Shown: positions 11,003 to 25,000 of the stretch, piece after piece
Layout: each line of letters opens with the position of its first letter
Numbering within the stretch: position 1 is the stretch's first letter
Origin: Hydrolagus affinis
Lineage: Eukaryota
Assembly (NCBI GenBank): GCA_012026655.1
Contig: JAAILG010000866.1
Span: forward strand, 1-64,000
Direction of reading: 5' to 3'
Length of the DNA stretch: 64,000 nucleotides
The notes under the pieces: model-generated
Databases searched by the model: none
What the model was told of the DNA's origin: nothing
Seen by the model: only the letters and a program-made list of their open reading frames with translations
Position numbers and translations under genes: made by a program

Positions 11003-14000
11003 TAGATTACTTCAAAGATTAACCACATTGCCAATCAGTTTTGATTTTTTTCATCCTACTGTGACACGGATATTAATATTATACTAATGCTCCAATGTTA
11101 AGAACATTTTTAAACTGTTGCCTCTCATTTGTACTTAGATTTGAGACTTGGTTTGTGATTGAAACTTTTCTTTTAATTTTTCATAACCAACAAAAGTATT
11201 TTTTTTGCATATAAAGTTGTTTCCACTTTCCAGAATGGATGATGGGAGCTTTGAGAAAGGCCAGATAGATTTTAACATTTAAAAATAGTTTCCCACTGTC
11301 CCCGAGCACCCGGTTGTTCTGGGTTAAACCTAGAGCGTTCCAAAGGCCTGAAACTACTCCCTTGTTCTGACCAAGTTAGATGGGGGTCCAGTAATTTCCT
11401 GTTCAAATCACCACTCACAGAATTCATGCCAATGATTCAGAAGTTGATATATAATAATAATATCAAAGCAAACCTCAGCTGGCAAACCAAGTACAGTACT
11501 ATACCAAACCTGTTCAACTGATTGTGAGTCTAGACAACAATATATCACGATACACAAATAAAGATACCCTGCAATTTACACATCAACAGACTTCCCAACT
11601 AATTTCTTTGGTTTGGTTACAGATATTCTTTACCACTGTTGGAGGATTTCCTTAGATGAAATCCTCTGATAGCAATGAGTGCCCAAGAAGTGGGCAAATG
11701 AATTATGTGGCAGAATTTGTATCGTTTGAATCTCTTGGAAGCTCTTCTATGTGTCCTTTAAGCAGAATCTCAAAATGGGTAACTGTTATGGGACTATGCA
11801 TGACATTGCTCAAAAAAAAGTTTGAAATATAAAGTTGACCAATCAGCAGAAACAATTAGTCCATGCTTTATAGGTGCACTGACAATGAAGCTGCAGACTG
11901 AAGCATGCTACTTCCTGGAATACAGTAAAGAAAAGGTAAATATCCACTTTTCTTTGGAAGATTTGGGGACTTTTGTTTTGGAAATTGTGCTCACCCCAAA
12001 TATATTTAATTCATGGATTCCTGCACATCCCCAGTGCCTCAGCTGTGAACTGAATTGTATTGGGATAAAAGTTTAGGATTGTATGGTAACTATTTGTAAC
12101 AAAGCTACTGAAAGCAACCTTAAAGGAGCTGGCAAAAGGTTTAATTTCCCATGGGTTTTCAAATTGGTAGTTTTGTTCAATGTTGCTACTTTTTAATCTG
12201 GTGGGGACTCTCGGAAGCATACATAAAATACCGTAGTCAGATGTGCAGAATAACCATATACTGTAGAGTTCTATAACATGAGAGCAAGCCTACAGTCTAA
12301 TTGCTTTGTTTGACAAGTGCCAATTTCCTTCAGACAAAGTGCTTAAAGTTGACATGCATCAAAGTTCTCAGATATAAGACAGATGGATCTCAATGTCCTC
12401 CAGACTTCTGCGTGTGAATTGAAATTCTCTCTGGATTTTATTTAGTCTAGCCAACCTTGTTAACCAGCCCTTCTACGCATTAGAAGTGGACCTTAGAACC
12501 TGACTTAAATTCACAATGCAGCTACAGATCAATAGCTATCAGTGTTTGGTTTTGGACCAATGAATTTGTCATGGGGTGACTGCTTTACTTTGATTCAGTT
12601 TTATTTAGTAATTTCATTTTGAGTTGAAAGTAACAGGGGTTCGAGTGATTGGTCCCACAAAGGGCAAAAGCAGTGAAGCCTGGAGTCAATATCAGTTCAA
12701 TCTGATGCTGCTCAGAACATTTTTGGAACCCAACATAATGAATTTACATAAATTAGTGTGTTGCTACAATATACAAGAAAGTGATATCAGAATTGGTTAA
12801 TTGAGTAGTATTTTAAAATTGCCTTCTGCATTTCGACTGTGCAACATGCCAAATATTACGGTTCAGTATATTGATTTTGGAAGTATGAAAAGCACAAACT
12901 GACTCTTAGCTGCTGTAGATTTACTTTAATCCTTCTCCAGAAGACCTTTGACCTTTCCATGCAAAATCACAGCTCAGTTTAGTTTTAGTGCCCCCTTTCC
13001 TCAGCTCGGGCCTTCAAAACATGACCCTCTGCTAATTACTTGTCAGTTAAAGCTTTAGAAGCATTTCAAATTTAATTCTTAATCTCCTGGGTTTCACCAA
13101 TCCTTTAAAGTAACTTCTAGCAAATGTTATCTGATTTGCTAGATTTGATCTACTTAATACAACATAACACTTGTCATACAGTATTTTTACATAATGAGCA
13201 ATTTACACTGTTGGAACATGAATGTATTTAGAATTTGCATGTACACAGGGAAAACCCAAATATGGCATATTATTATAGTAATAAGACAAGGAAAGTGTGT
13301 AAGGATACTGCTAAATCCACACAATTTACCGTTGCAAACACTGCAAACTTCCCGCTACTATAATAATGCAAGTTGTTGTTGTTGTTACTTGTCCAGATAA
13401 GACCACATTACCCATTATGGCTTCAGTTTTCAGGAATAACAGGAAGCAAGTAGGAAGAATGACCTGACGTAAATTCACCCAAATTCACCAAAAATGGCTG
13501 GTCCTTATCCGCAAATCTATCTGTTTAGGAACCGGAGTACCAAATTTGTCGCCAAAGATCGATTTTATTCCAATATTCGATTGCCATACTTTTCACCTTG
13601 AAGTCAACTTTTTCCCAACGAGACCTTACTTATGCACTCTACCCCCCCCCAACCCCCCCACCCCCACCACCCCTTAGATTATTGTGCAGCAATTGAGTGG
13701 GATCAGTGGCCTGGAATACAAGAAAGTTCTTATCAAAGTTTGGTAAAACATTTATGGATGAAAATTTCTGGAAAATCTTCTTAAGTGCTTGGGGAGGTAG
13801 AAAGCATATAATCGCAAAGTGGGAAATAGGCAAAGAGTCCACACTCAGGATTCTCAGGAATATGTGTACTCTTTGTAGTTTGAATAATGTTATGCATGGT
13901 TCTAGATTTTGGGATGGTCAGCCACCAGGTTAACCAAAGAAAACAAAATAATATTCAACTTTACTACTTACTGTCCCATCTTTAATTTTCTTCTACATCT

Positions 14001-14065
14001 ACGTGTATGTTTCAGAAATGATCTCCCATACTTGGTGTAATGTTTACGTGGGTTTTTCTGAAGGT

Positions 14066-14135
14066 GTACAACAACAACAAAATTGCACTTATATAGCGCC
14101 TTTCACGTCGGGAGAACGTTCCAAAGCGCTGAAGT
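14066..14135 (-). mobile_element. L2 LINE 3' tail fragment
   Basis: caacaacaacaaaattgcacttatatagcgcctttcacgtcgggagaacgttccaaagcgct; the same tail recurs at 19105, 28608, 34003, 50650 and 57960. Confidence 0.75.
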
Positions 14136-15203
14136 GTAGTGATTGTTCAACATATACTTGGAAGCTTATCAAAGACATGGAAATGAGAAATTCATTTTTG
14201 AAGGTGGTGTTTCAGTGGTGTTGAAGCATCACCCACACCATGGTCGTATCCCAGGAGAAAACCCATTCAGAAATGTTAAAATAAACATTTTAAAAAAGCA
14301 CTTTTCCCTCTCACAAGTTTACCCTGTTGACCATGCTTGTGGGAAATTAACTGATGTGATCTAGCAAACCTTTCAAAAAGAAGTCATTCAGTCAGTGTGA
14401 TCAGATTAACCAAACACAATAGCATGATGGGCTTGGTGCCACCTGTCAAGTTGTATTTGGATTTCCAGTGCCGTCATCATGTGCTGCTTTGAATAACTAT
14501 CTTAATTTTTTTCATTTCATTGGTTAGGCTGTAAAATTGTTTTTATTTTCTGAAATAAGAGACCATAGTTCACATGGAAGAAAGGCAGACATTTGAATTT
14601 GTAAAATTCCTACACTTTAGTTCAATAGAACGTAGGAAATGAATATTGTGGAATACATGGAATATACTTGATACATGACTGAAGAAACTGATTAATTATA
14701 TCTTGCAATACTGACATAAAACTGACTGAACAACAACTGTACTCATAGTTTTGCATTGCGTTGAACAGTTATCCATTGCAGAGATTTTTTACTTTCCTGA
14801 TGAATTATTGTTTGCATGTTTTGTCATCTCCGTTTGAAATTCACTATATAACTAGACACAATAGATTTTTATAAAACTGTAATGATGGCAACATTTGTGG
14901 CACTGTGCTTTAGTCATTGATGGCTGCATTGTACTGTATTTTCTAAAACTGGTACTTATTGAGATACAGAGTTGAATGCAAATTTTTTTTGTGATTACCG
15001 TTGATAAATTCTTTTATTTAGAAAAAATGTTTCAGAGAGATGTAATCAAAAAGAAATTGTGTTGCCGTAGTAATTTTTACTTCAATAGTTGACAGTTGCT
15101 GATGCATTTGTAATGGACTTTTTTAGAATTAAGCTAGTGGAAAAAATCCTTTGTCTTAGGTTTGTATAAATTGGGGTTAGATTAAATATAGCATTTGTGC
15201 GTA

Positions 15204-15246
15204 GTATCCATAAAAGTTCACTCTACGGTATCCATAAAAGTTCACT
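15204..15246 (+). repeat. Short direct repeat, 24-bp period
   Basis: gtatccataaaagttcact at 15204 and 15228. Confidence 0.8.
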
Positions 15247-18200
15247 ATAACGATGAAGTCTGGCAAATTTTGAGGGCATGGCATGTAATTCCACTTCACT
15301 ATAAAAGTGCACTGAAGCAGTCCTTTCATTGTGGATTGTTAAATCATTAGGAATGTTGTACACAGGTCAGTGTGCTCGACCTTAAGAATTTGAAAGCTGT
15401 TTCTCATTGTTAGCTTGTTTGTCTTGCAGGATCTCCTTTTTTCTGCACTATTGAAAATTGATTTTAACTGTAGTGTCTTATTCTGCTAATATTGAAAATG
15501 ATTGAGAGGCTGTTGAAGCACAAGCTGAAAATGTACAATACAGCATTGACCCGAGGATCAATATGGTACAATTCATTTCATATCTCGTAGAATAGGACTG
15601 TTTTTTTCCCTGAGTTCTGATATTTAAGAGGTGTTGACCTCTGGTGAGCTCTTCATTATCTATTGTTGGCAGCTTCTCTCTCACTCCCTTCCCCCCAGCT
15701 ATGAGCTTTGCAGCGCCTTTGGAAATTTCTGCTTCTAAGTGTTCACAGGTAATTTGTCTTTAAATGGTCACCATCACTTGTTATAATGTTTGTAATTTCA
15801 AACTGTTTTGGCATAGATTAGAATCATTTGATTGGTGTTTAATAATAGGATATTGTATTGACAATAGTTGTGCAACAAAATTGTGCAACAAAATTGTAAT
15901 TTAAAATGAAGCACGTTTAATATCCTAACTGTAGATTGCACATCAAGACTAATTCTACGGTAAAATCTTGTAAATGTCACTCATCTTTGTGATGCATGAG
16001 TGTTTTGAGGATCTGATTTTTCAGTATTGATTAGCTGGCATCCCATGCTAAAAAATGGAAGACTATTTGTTTGTCAGATGAAAATGTCACTGACATTATC
16101 ACTATCTTCACCTCCTGTGCACTACACATGCACACTATGTATAAGAAGCATCACTGACATCACTTCTCAAAGGAAGTGTTTCAGAAGGGTGCTTCCTGTG
16201 TATAGTGCACAGGAAGTTGAGTCTGCAGCAAACTCACACCCAGGAACTTGGTCATTATCCCAAGCTTTGCTTCTTATGTGCCCACTGGAATAGTGAACCC
16301 AAATGTCTGCATTATACCTGGGTTCCCTGTATATTGCATGTAAAAAACAACTTACTGTTAAGACAGAGTTGGGACTCGTCTGTCTTTTCTATTTCTCCTG
16401 TCCTGTGATTTTGTGGTCTGAAACCTCGGCTCTCACAAATTTATCATTCAGCAATTTTCACAGTGGCTGGCAAAATGTCACTAAATTTGAATGTGATTTT
16501 TTTTAGTAAAAGAACATTTTTGGGGGGAAGTGCCTGTTCCTGCAGATTTTCCTTTATAAACCAGCAAGATCATGGTTGTTCTGATCATGTGCTTGTCAGT
16601 GGTTTTAAGGATGTATGGTTCTATGCAGGATAAATTTAATGCTGAAATATACCCTTAATGAAATAATAATAGTGACTCAAATATCAAAGATAATTTCAGT
16701 GCTGTAACCATAGCCATACACTAATGAAAGAAGCTCTTGAAGTAAAGTTGGAATACCTATTTTATTTTATCTGTTTCATGTATCTTTATTTTAAAAAAAC
16801 ACTTTAAATCCCTTTTCTTGCCTCCTTTCCATTGTCCATTTTACAGATGGGAACAGGTTTCCCAAAATAGATTATGATTTGATTATGATTTTACACTAGC
16901 TTTGAAGGATGGCATTCAGACAGCACAAGTGAAAGAAATTATAATAGATGTATTCTCTTAATGGTTTCCTTTTTACATATCTGAATTGCAAGGCACGGCT
17001 TAGACACATCCACTTGGCAACCCAATGAGAAATGGTCTCCAGAAAAATATACTTTAAATTTTAATTTAGTTTAGAATTGAGGAGTCTGTGTTTGAGCAAC
17101 ATTTAAGTTTACTATGGAAGGAATGGGCTTATTGGCTCAAATGGCTTTTCATTCCCATAACTTCTTGTGTCTGCAGCAAATTCTTAGCTTATGCTGTTGA
17201 AACCCATGTAATGATGCAAATTAAATATGATTGTTCTGCAGTCTTGGACGGATTGAGTTCTTGACTTGAACAGCAGTGAATACATTTATCGTTGCTTTGG
17301 GTTTGGAGCTTTGGGTCTGAATGATTTTAAAGCTGAAGTGAACACAAATATGATGTGCTTTAAAGAATCCAATTGTATTTAATTCAGAAAGATTTCTGAA
17401 ATTGTTGAATTCACAGGCTGAGATTGTTTCAATCCAGCAGAAAAATTGGCTCTCAATACTGTCGGTAAAAATGTGCTATGTGTTCCAAAATCTTGTGCAC
17501 AAGAGGTCAACTTAGCCTTTGATGTTTCATATTACATCTCTACACAATTAAGAATGTGCGTGGCTTTTAAGAAGTCCATTTCTTATGAACTGCTGTCACA
17601 GACAATCTGAAAGTTGCAGGATCAGGTCACTCAATGTTTCTTGACTTTCAGAATTCTTGAATGTTGTCTTTATCTGTTTTATATTTTTCTGTGCACGTTT
17701 CTGTTTTCATTAGATGGGTGTTATTAGAGCAGCTGATAGCCCCAAGATGTTTTTGTCAAATTAAATGAAGCCTATTTAAAACGTAAAATAATGAACTTTT
17801 CAACTCATTCACACTAGAAAAGGACAAACACAATCTGTAATTCTTTAGTAGAATTGCCATAAAGCATTAACTGAAATATATATACTGTACACTTGTCAAC
17901 AAAAACTATAGCAAAAGAAAGCACTGAAAATAAATTTGAAATCATCTTAACAAACTAATAATTCTGATGGTACTGGTTACATGCTCATAAGGAAATAAAA
18001 ATGTAAGTTTTTTTGTGATGTTAACCTTTTTGATACAAAATAAGATGTGTTCATTCAATTCTGAAAGTCTTGTGACTTATTATTCCTTTGTTGTGTATGC
18101 AACCTCAGTTTTGTTTGTACTGTATTTTATGATAGGGGAAATTGAATTTTTTTGCGCAGCATCTTCTATTCCATTGATTCTGAAATCAACACATATTTTT

Positions 18201-18876
18201 GGAGGATTACAAATAGAAATTTGCCTCTTACCATTGTTCCATGATACTTTACATTGTTGGCAATGTTACAATACGGTTAACTTTGATCTCTTGTTTTGGA
18301 CAAAACGGCAGATGCCAATTTGAATGCGAACTCCACTGAATCCTTTCGCACAGTGCATCATAAAAAAACAGAGGTCCACATCGCTCACGATCAGTTTGTG
18401 TAGAATACAGTACTGCACTGTTTGGGAGAAAAGAATACTGAACAGTACTTAAATTTTTATAAAGAGACAATTACCTTTTTTGCATGTAATTGATCATTGA
18501 GCATTCTTTTAATTGTTAGTGATGGTGTAGTAGGTCATGCAGTGGGAATAACTGGGTGCTATTTACTGTATAGACTTTGGGTGGTGGGTAATTCAGACCA
18601 AACACCTTGCCTGTTCATGTCCGAATCTTGCAGGCTCCATTGTGTAAGGGTTTATTGTGATGCATTCAAAAATCTAGTGTTCATACAGTGAGAAAATAGG
18701 TAAATGGAGTAAATAATTTAGTGATGATTATGTTGGTTTCTGTTGGATCACCCAAAAGAATGATAGAACTAGCATACTATTTTTAGTATTTGTCTGATAT
18801 TCTGTTGGACTTAAATTTAGATTTTGGTTTGATTATGTACAGTATATCACAAACCCATTTTCTATTTTTCTTTCAG

Positions 18877-19008
18877 AGCTCTCAGAAATAGAACCAAATG
18901 TTTTCCTTCGACCTTTCCTGGAGGTGATTAGGTCAGAAGACACAACTGGACCTATCACAGGATTGGCATTAACATCAGTTAACAAGTTCCTGTCCTATGG
19001 ATTGATAG
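18877..19008 (+). CDS. GBF1: GBF1 coding exon (~exon 4), DCB domain
   Basis: tttcag|AG CTC TCA...TTG ATA G|gtaaac; 132 nt; (E)[43 protein letters not shown]. Confidence 0.96.
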
Positions 19009-22000
19009 GTAAACAAATTCTGTTAATATTAGAACCCTGCCAGCATTTCAAATATATTGGGGGAGGTATTATCTAAATTTCTCCCCTATTCCATATTACA
19101 TAATACAACAACAACAAAATTACACTTGTATATCGCCTTTCACTCAGGAGGACTCCCGTTTGTTACCCTTACTTCCCAAATAACCACAGTACCTTGTTGT
19201 TCTGATTATAATGGAGCCTAGTTATAGTGGTGGCTGGGTCCACAAAACAATTTTGTATGACTGGTTTCACCATGGGCGCATGCAGATACAGTAATTTCCT
19301 CAAGTTTTTTTTTAAAAAAAGTTGACTTCCAGATCATCTTACTGGCGAGGGCTGGTTCCATCTTGTGATTGGCATTTACAGCTTATCAATATTATAACTG
19401 AATCAGCACAATAAAAGTTCTGCATTTCATTTGCCTGTTTGATCATTTTCTGAAGTTGCAAATTTAGCATTTAATGACTTGTATTCGTCTCCCAGGATCC
19501 TTTTATTATCCCCAGTCCTTATTCATTTAGAGTATATTCCATCTGCAATTCCTGCATCTAATGGCATTTCTTTCCATTTCATTTATCATTTTGCCAGTTA
19601 CTGACTTAAACTGACTAAAACGTTTTCTTTTCCTCAAAGCAACAACTTGCACAATGATTATAAGCATCTCAAGGAGCCTCAAAGAATACTGTATAATGAT
19701 ATGAAATGGGATGAATGGATAAAACTAAATAAAGCAGTTCATCTGCTTTAGCGATGTCCCATAAACGACAATGAGTTGAGCAACCAATTAATTTATATTT
19801 GGCCCTCTGCCCCCAACCTTTGGAACTCCATCCTGCAGTCCCTCTGCCTTGCCCCTTCCCTGGACTCTTTCAACTCCCGCCTCAAAACTCTTCGATGGTC
19901 CCATCAGCAACTCCTAATCCCCCCTTCCCTCCACACCCTGTCCCCAGATTGGGACTGACACAGTGACTGTCCAGCTCCTGGGACGTCCTCCTGACCTGAA
20001 AGGCGTTACACAAGTGTAATTTTGTTATTGTTTAAATTTTATATAATCTAGAATGTAGTAAATTGGCAGTGTATCTGGCCCTTACACTGATGTTGATTGT
20101 TAGGAACCAGCTCTATGGCCGTGGGTTGTGGTTAGACAGATTTGGGCATTTTATTTAAAAAAGTATAATTTTCATTGAGTTCTTTATTCCAGTTCAAAGT
20201 TTTGTTGAAATAGTACTGTAGATTATCAGCTGTTTTACTGCTGGCCATGCCTCTTAAACTTAACATTAATTATTAAACAATGTGAGGCTATAGAGTTCTA
20301 AAAATAAAACCAATATCAAAGAATTACTCTTCAGCTAAAACATCCATCTGGTTTTAGTTCAGATGGTTTCTGTATATATAGTTTCAGCATAATATGACTG
20401 AATATCTCCTTTAGATTGTGCCACATGGGGCTCGTTTGTTGAAGAATAGTGTACACTATATTTCTATAATCCCCTTTGAGGAATGCTGTGATACGAAGTC
20501 CTGGTTATCTCAAATATAGTTTTTCTTTAAATTTTGCTTCAACTTGTGTCTTTTTAATGAATCAAGAATGAATTTATGTCATTTAAAAATCAACAAATAA
20601 ATTTTGTTACAATTAGATTTGGACACTTAGTTTGTTTTGGCATTGAAATAAAACCTGTATTTTGCTGACATTGTCATTGACATGAAAAAATATATATTTT
20701 CATCATTTTTATCGATGGCTGAACTGGAAGATACAGTTTGATAACTTGTCACCTTGAGGTATTCTTGCAGCTGTTTACATTAACACCACAAATTGAAAAT
20801 CATTTGGGATAGATTTGTTTGTTGAGGGGGCTGCTGAGCCTTCAAACTGGATGAACAAATGGTTGGACAGTGAATGAAAATAATATTCCTACATGAATGG
20901 AAATGTAATGGGTTCAAATGGGGTAAGAAGATATGAAATGACAAGTTGAAGTGCTTTTTTAAAATTAAAAAATACTATTGATATTGATAGTATTAGCAGT
21001 GTGGGAAAAAGCTCATCATAAAAAGTTATGGATAACTGGTTAATAATAATAATCCTTGCATTTGAAACAAGGCCTTATCACATCTTCTAGACATCACAAA
21101 GCGTCTCACAGAATATACTGTAAAGTGAATTGACTGTATATTTGAGGGCAAAACGCAGCAGCCAATTGCGCACAGCAGTGTTCCCCCAAACAGGCGTGGA
21201 TTGAGAAATTACCAATATACTGTATTATTGTTTTCTTGAGGGATCATTATCAGGCGTGTATGTGTGCAGTAAGGAAACTTGCCCAAGATTTCGCCTCTGC
21301 CAGGAATCAAACCCAGGTCTCTCACATGTTAAGTTAGGTTAAGTTGAGAAGTGTAGAGTGTTTAGCAAAAATATATTTTGGGGTTGAACAGATTGAGTTA
21401 AGAGAAAAGAATGAAAATAATAAAGCTGAAGAAAATAATGGAAAGTTTTAAAATTCCTAATTATGGGATGTTGTAAAGAAATCCTATCTACAGTATAAAG
21501 AAAAAAGTATCTTGAAATTGTGAGGCTTTCAATTAAGTTAATCAAATATAGGGATGTACCCAAGGGTCAAAGGTAGTTTAACACTATATAATTAATTTAG
21601 AAGACCACATTTTTAGTATTGGGTAAACATTTAACATTCTATCTTTAATGGGGTATTGGTGCGTGGAAGAGGGTTCTCCAAGGATAATTCTGAGATTTAT
21701 TACTTCAAAAGAGAAGGAAACACTGAGAAAAACACTTCTAGCTTTTTTATTCTGAAAGTTTTTTTTACTTCATGAAAACTTGCTATTTTCGATCTCTGTA
21801 TATTTTACAGTATTCGAGATTACAATCTTTTGGAAGGATCTCCGTTAATTTGAATGGGCTTTAAAGCCAACGTTGTGATATCCCTTTCTGGAAATACCTT
21901 TATCTGTTGGGTGCATAAGTAGCAGTATTGGTTTATATAATTTCAGAGCACAATTTATTTTTGATGCAGAAATGTCTGCTCAGTTGTTTAATGTCATAAT

Positions 22001-25000
22001 AATAATCCTTGCATTTAACATGGTGCCTTATTATTTCTTTAAAAGGGGATTTTATTGTAAAATATGATCATGGTGGGTTAGTAAGCGAACCTCCCGGCTA
22101 GTTTGCGCATAACAATTTCTCATAAACAAGCATGAAGTGAATGACCTTTTTATTCTCCTGTAGATCATTGGCTGGGATACTAGCAGAAACTCCCTTCTCT
22201 TTAACCTTCTTCCGAATAGGCACACAAGACCTCAGTTTAACTTGTCCGAAAAACATTTCTCCTTCTTCCTCCTTAAATAGTGTTGCTGGGAACATTTGCA
22301 AGATTTACTTTATTTGAGTCTAGCATGAGTAACTAATTCTCCCAACCTTTTGTTTGGCCCAGTGGGGCAGAATCTAGAAACATGCTTTCAAATGTTGCTT
22401 CTTTTCACAGTCAGATGATGTTTCTCTCCCAAATAATACATTGATTCTTGCCTTGATTATCATAGATATAATAGCAATTCCCAAATTGCCTTCAGATATT
22501 TTAGCATGATGTCACTATTAAAATATGCAACGTTTTATCTTTACTTTTCATTTCTTCAATTACTAATTTGGGCATTCAAAACGGGTAGATTGTGTACCTT
22601 GTGTTTCATCCAACCGTTTCTATTCATCCACACAATTTTTAACTCACCAATAACATTCCAGTTTCAGAGAATAAGGGAACATTACATCATTTCTGAAAAA
22701 AGGACAAAACACTGTCTCCAGATTTATTTAGCTTCTTAGAACAGTGCATCAAATTTGTGCATAAATGATCAATACCATTTTGACGTGACTGTTATAATTT
22801 TTCTGCTTTGATAAGCACACATTGCATGAATACTGTTGGCTGAATAATGAGTTCCTCCAGTAATCTTTTGTGGATGTCTTGGATGTCAAGGTCCAAAACA
22901 GCTGGGCAGGCGATTATGCTTCACTAGCTTCAAATTCTAATTAATTTAAATTTTAAAAATTCTTGTGTTGACTTCATTGTGCTCCAATATTTTTGAGCAG
23001 CACAAGCAGACAAAGCTATTAAAGGAATATTGTTTAATATATGTAGTTCTAAAGGTAGAAGCAATATTAGACCAGGCTCTTTGGGATTTCAATAAAATAT
23101 AATAAGCCATGCATTTGATATAGTACAGGAAGTCTCTTAATGTTACCGGTAGTTTGGTTGTTTAATTTAAAGAGACTACCAGGTACAGTATCTAAATTTT
23201 TTTGGTCAGCTAAATTTCCAAGAATGCAAGCCACAAATATATGAATATTTCCTTTGTCTGCCATGGACTGTACACTCACTGGAAATTACAACAACACCTT
23301 GCATTTATATAGCGCCCTTCATGCCAGACAGCATCTCAGAGCGCTTGAGTTAGATGACCTAAAGAAATGTAAAAGTTAATTTGCTAATTATTGTAAAAGT
23401 TCCAAATGATTTGTAGCTGGAAATTGTATCAAACTGATAAAGTCATCATAAGAAAGGAAAGCATAATTGAGATTAATTTAGTAAATAAATTGCTTTGAAA
23501 TATAGTAGTTTGCATTTTAGCTTGTTTAAATTTGCAATGGAAATGTAATAATACTTACATTTGATTAGCACCTTATGTCATAAAGATATCTCAAAGCGGG
23601 ATACATGGTAATATGGTATTACTGTATTTTGTGAGTGAAATGCAACAATTAATATTTTATTTAGTATGTGCTCTGGGGGAGAAAAGCAGATAACAAGGAG
23701 GAAATTTGCTGCCCGTTTGTACTCCTTTATGGTTTACAAAACATTTAAATTCTTAAGCATTTTGAAATCTCTTAATGACTCATTGACTCCCTCTTTGTCC
23801 TGAGATTGTTATATTCCTGTGTGTATTGTCCTCTCCTTGTGTGTTTGTTTTCCTAGGCTTGTCAGCTGCACTTTTTCAGTCTACCAAATTTGGTTGAATC
23901 AAACAGAATCAAGCTTGGAAAGTTAGCCTTGTTCTTCGAGATGCTGATCAACTTCCTGTGCTGTTTCAACATTTTATTTCAAATTTTTAAGCATTAAGTT
24001 TTTCTTTTTATCTTTAATTTTGTGAAATAACAAGCTCCTGGACCTCACAGATGTCAACTGTTTTTTGAGTGACTGCATGATAGCGTGAGCAGTTAATTAT
24101 AGTTTATGGCCAGGGCAGTGAAAATGGATACTGTGCTGGTGCAAGGGAGACTAGTTTGTTTCTGGAAGAACACCTGTAAAGCAGGTTTTAGTGATTACCT
24201 TTCTTTCGATTCATTGGGTCTTGGCTTTTGTGTAATTCCAGACACAAATGAAAAAGGGATTACTTCCAGAGATCAAATATGTCCACATGTCCATAGTTTA
24301 AAACCCTCTAAAGCTTTAGTGCTTTTTGTAAAATTAACTTTGATAGTACAGTATCTTTCTTCACCTTCCAAATTGTTAATTTTAAAATGTTTTATTAACT
24401 TTACTTGCTTTATTGAATTGTAGAATATTACAAGTTAATGTAATACATTACATTTATGTATCATATATAAACTATATGGTAGATCTCATGTGGTGCATAA
24501 ATAATTCAGTATATTTGAGCAGTGCTGTACTATTTTTGAGTGTTGCGAAGGCAAGATTGCTTGTTGTTGGGGTGAAGGGGTAGGGCCAATCTGATGATGG
24601 ATTTTGAGATTTTGTGGGTACAGTATTGTTATGGAAAAAGAAGGGATGTTTATATCTGGGGAGCTTGTGCTGTTCTGGTCATCTGTATAATAATTCTTCC
24701 ATTTGCATTTAATATCCTTGCATTTAATATCGTGCCTTTAAATGTCTGTGTCTCAAAGTGCTTCAGAGTTTTCCATCAAGTGTTGTGACTAGGGGAACGT
24801 CGCAACCAGTTAGTTTTGTGTACAGAAACGTGAATGATCATTTTTTTTTTTAACTTGGAGGGTGCTGGGCAGAATACTGAGAGAAACTCTCCTTTTTGTG
24901 TATTGTTGTCAGTTCTTTTGGGTGTCAACTGAAGGGTAGTACTCCAACAGTGAAGTGCTCCCCCTACATTGCAATGGTATGTCAGCCTGGACTACTGAGC

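Noticed and set aside
16847-16856. 10-nt microexon after a strong pyrimidine tract (ttacag|ATGGGAACAG|gtttcc)
   Set aside because: Donor is weak and the exon frameshifts; no further support
1-18876. Nested protein-coding gene in the large intron
   Set aside because: The short ORFs lack recognisable domains or consistent exon chains on either strand
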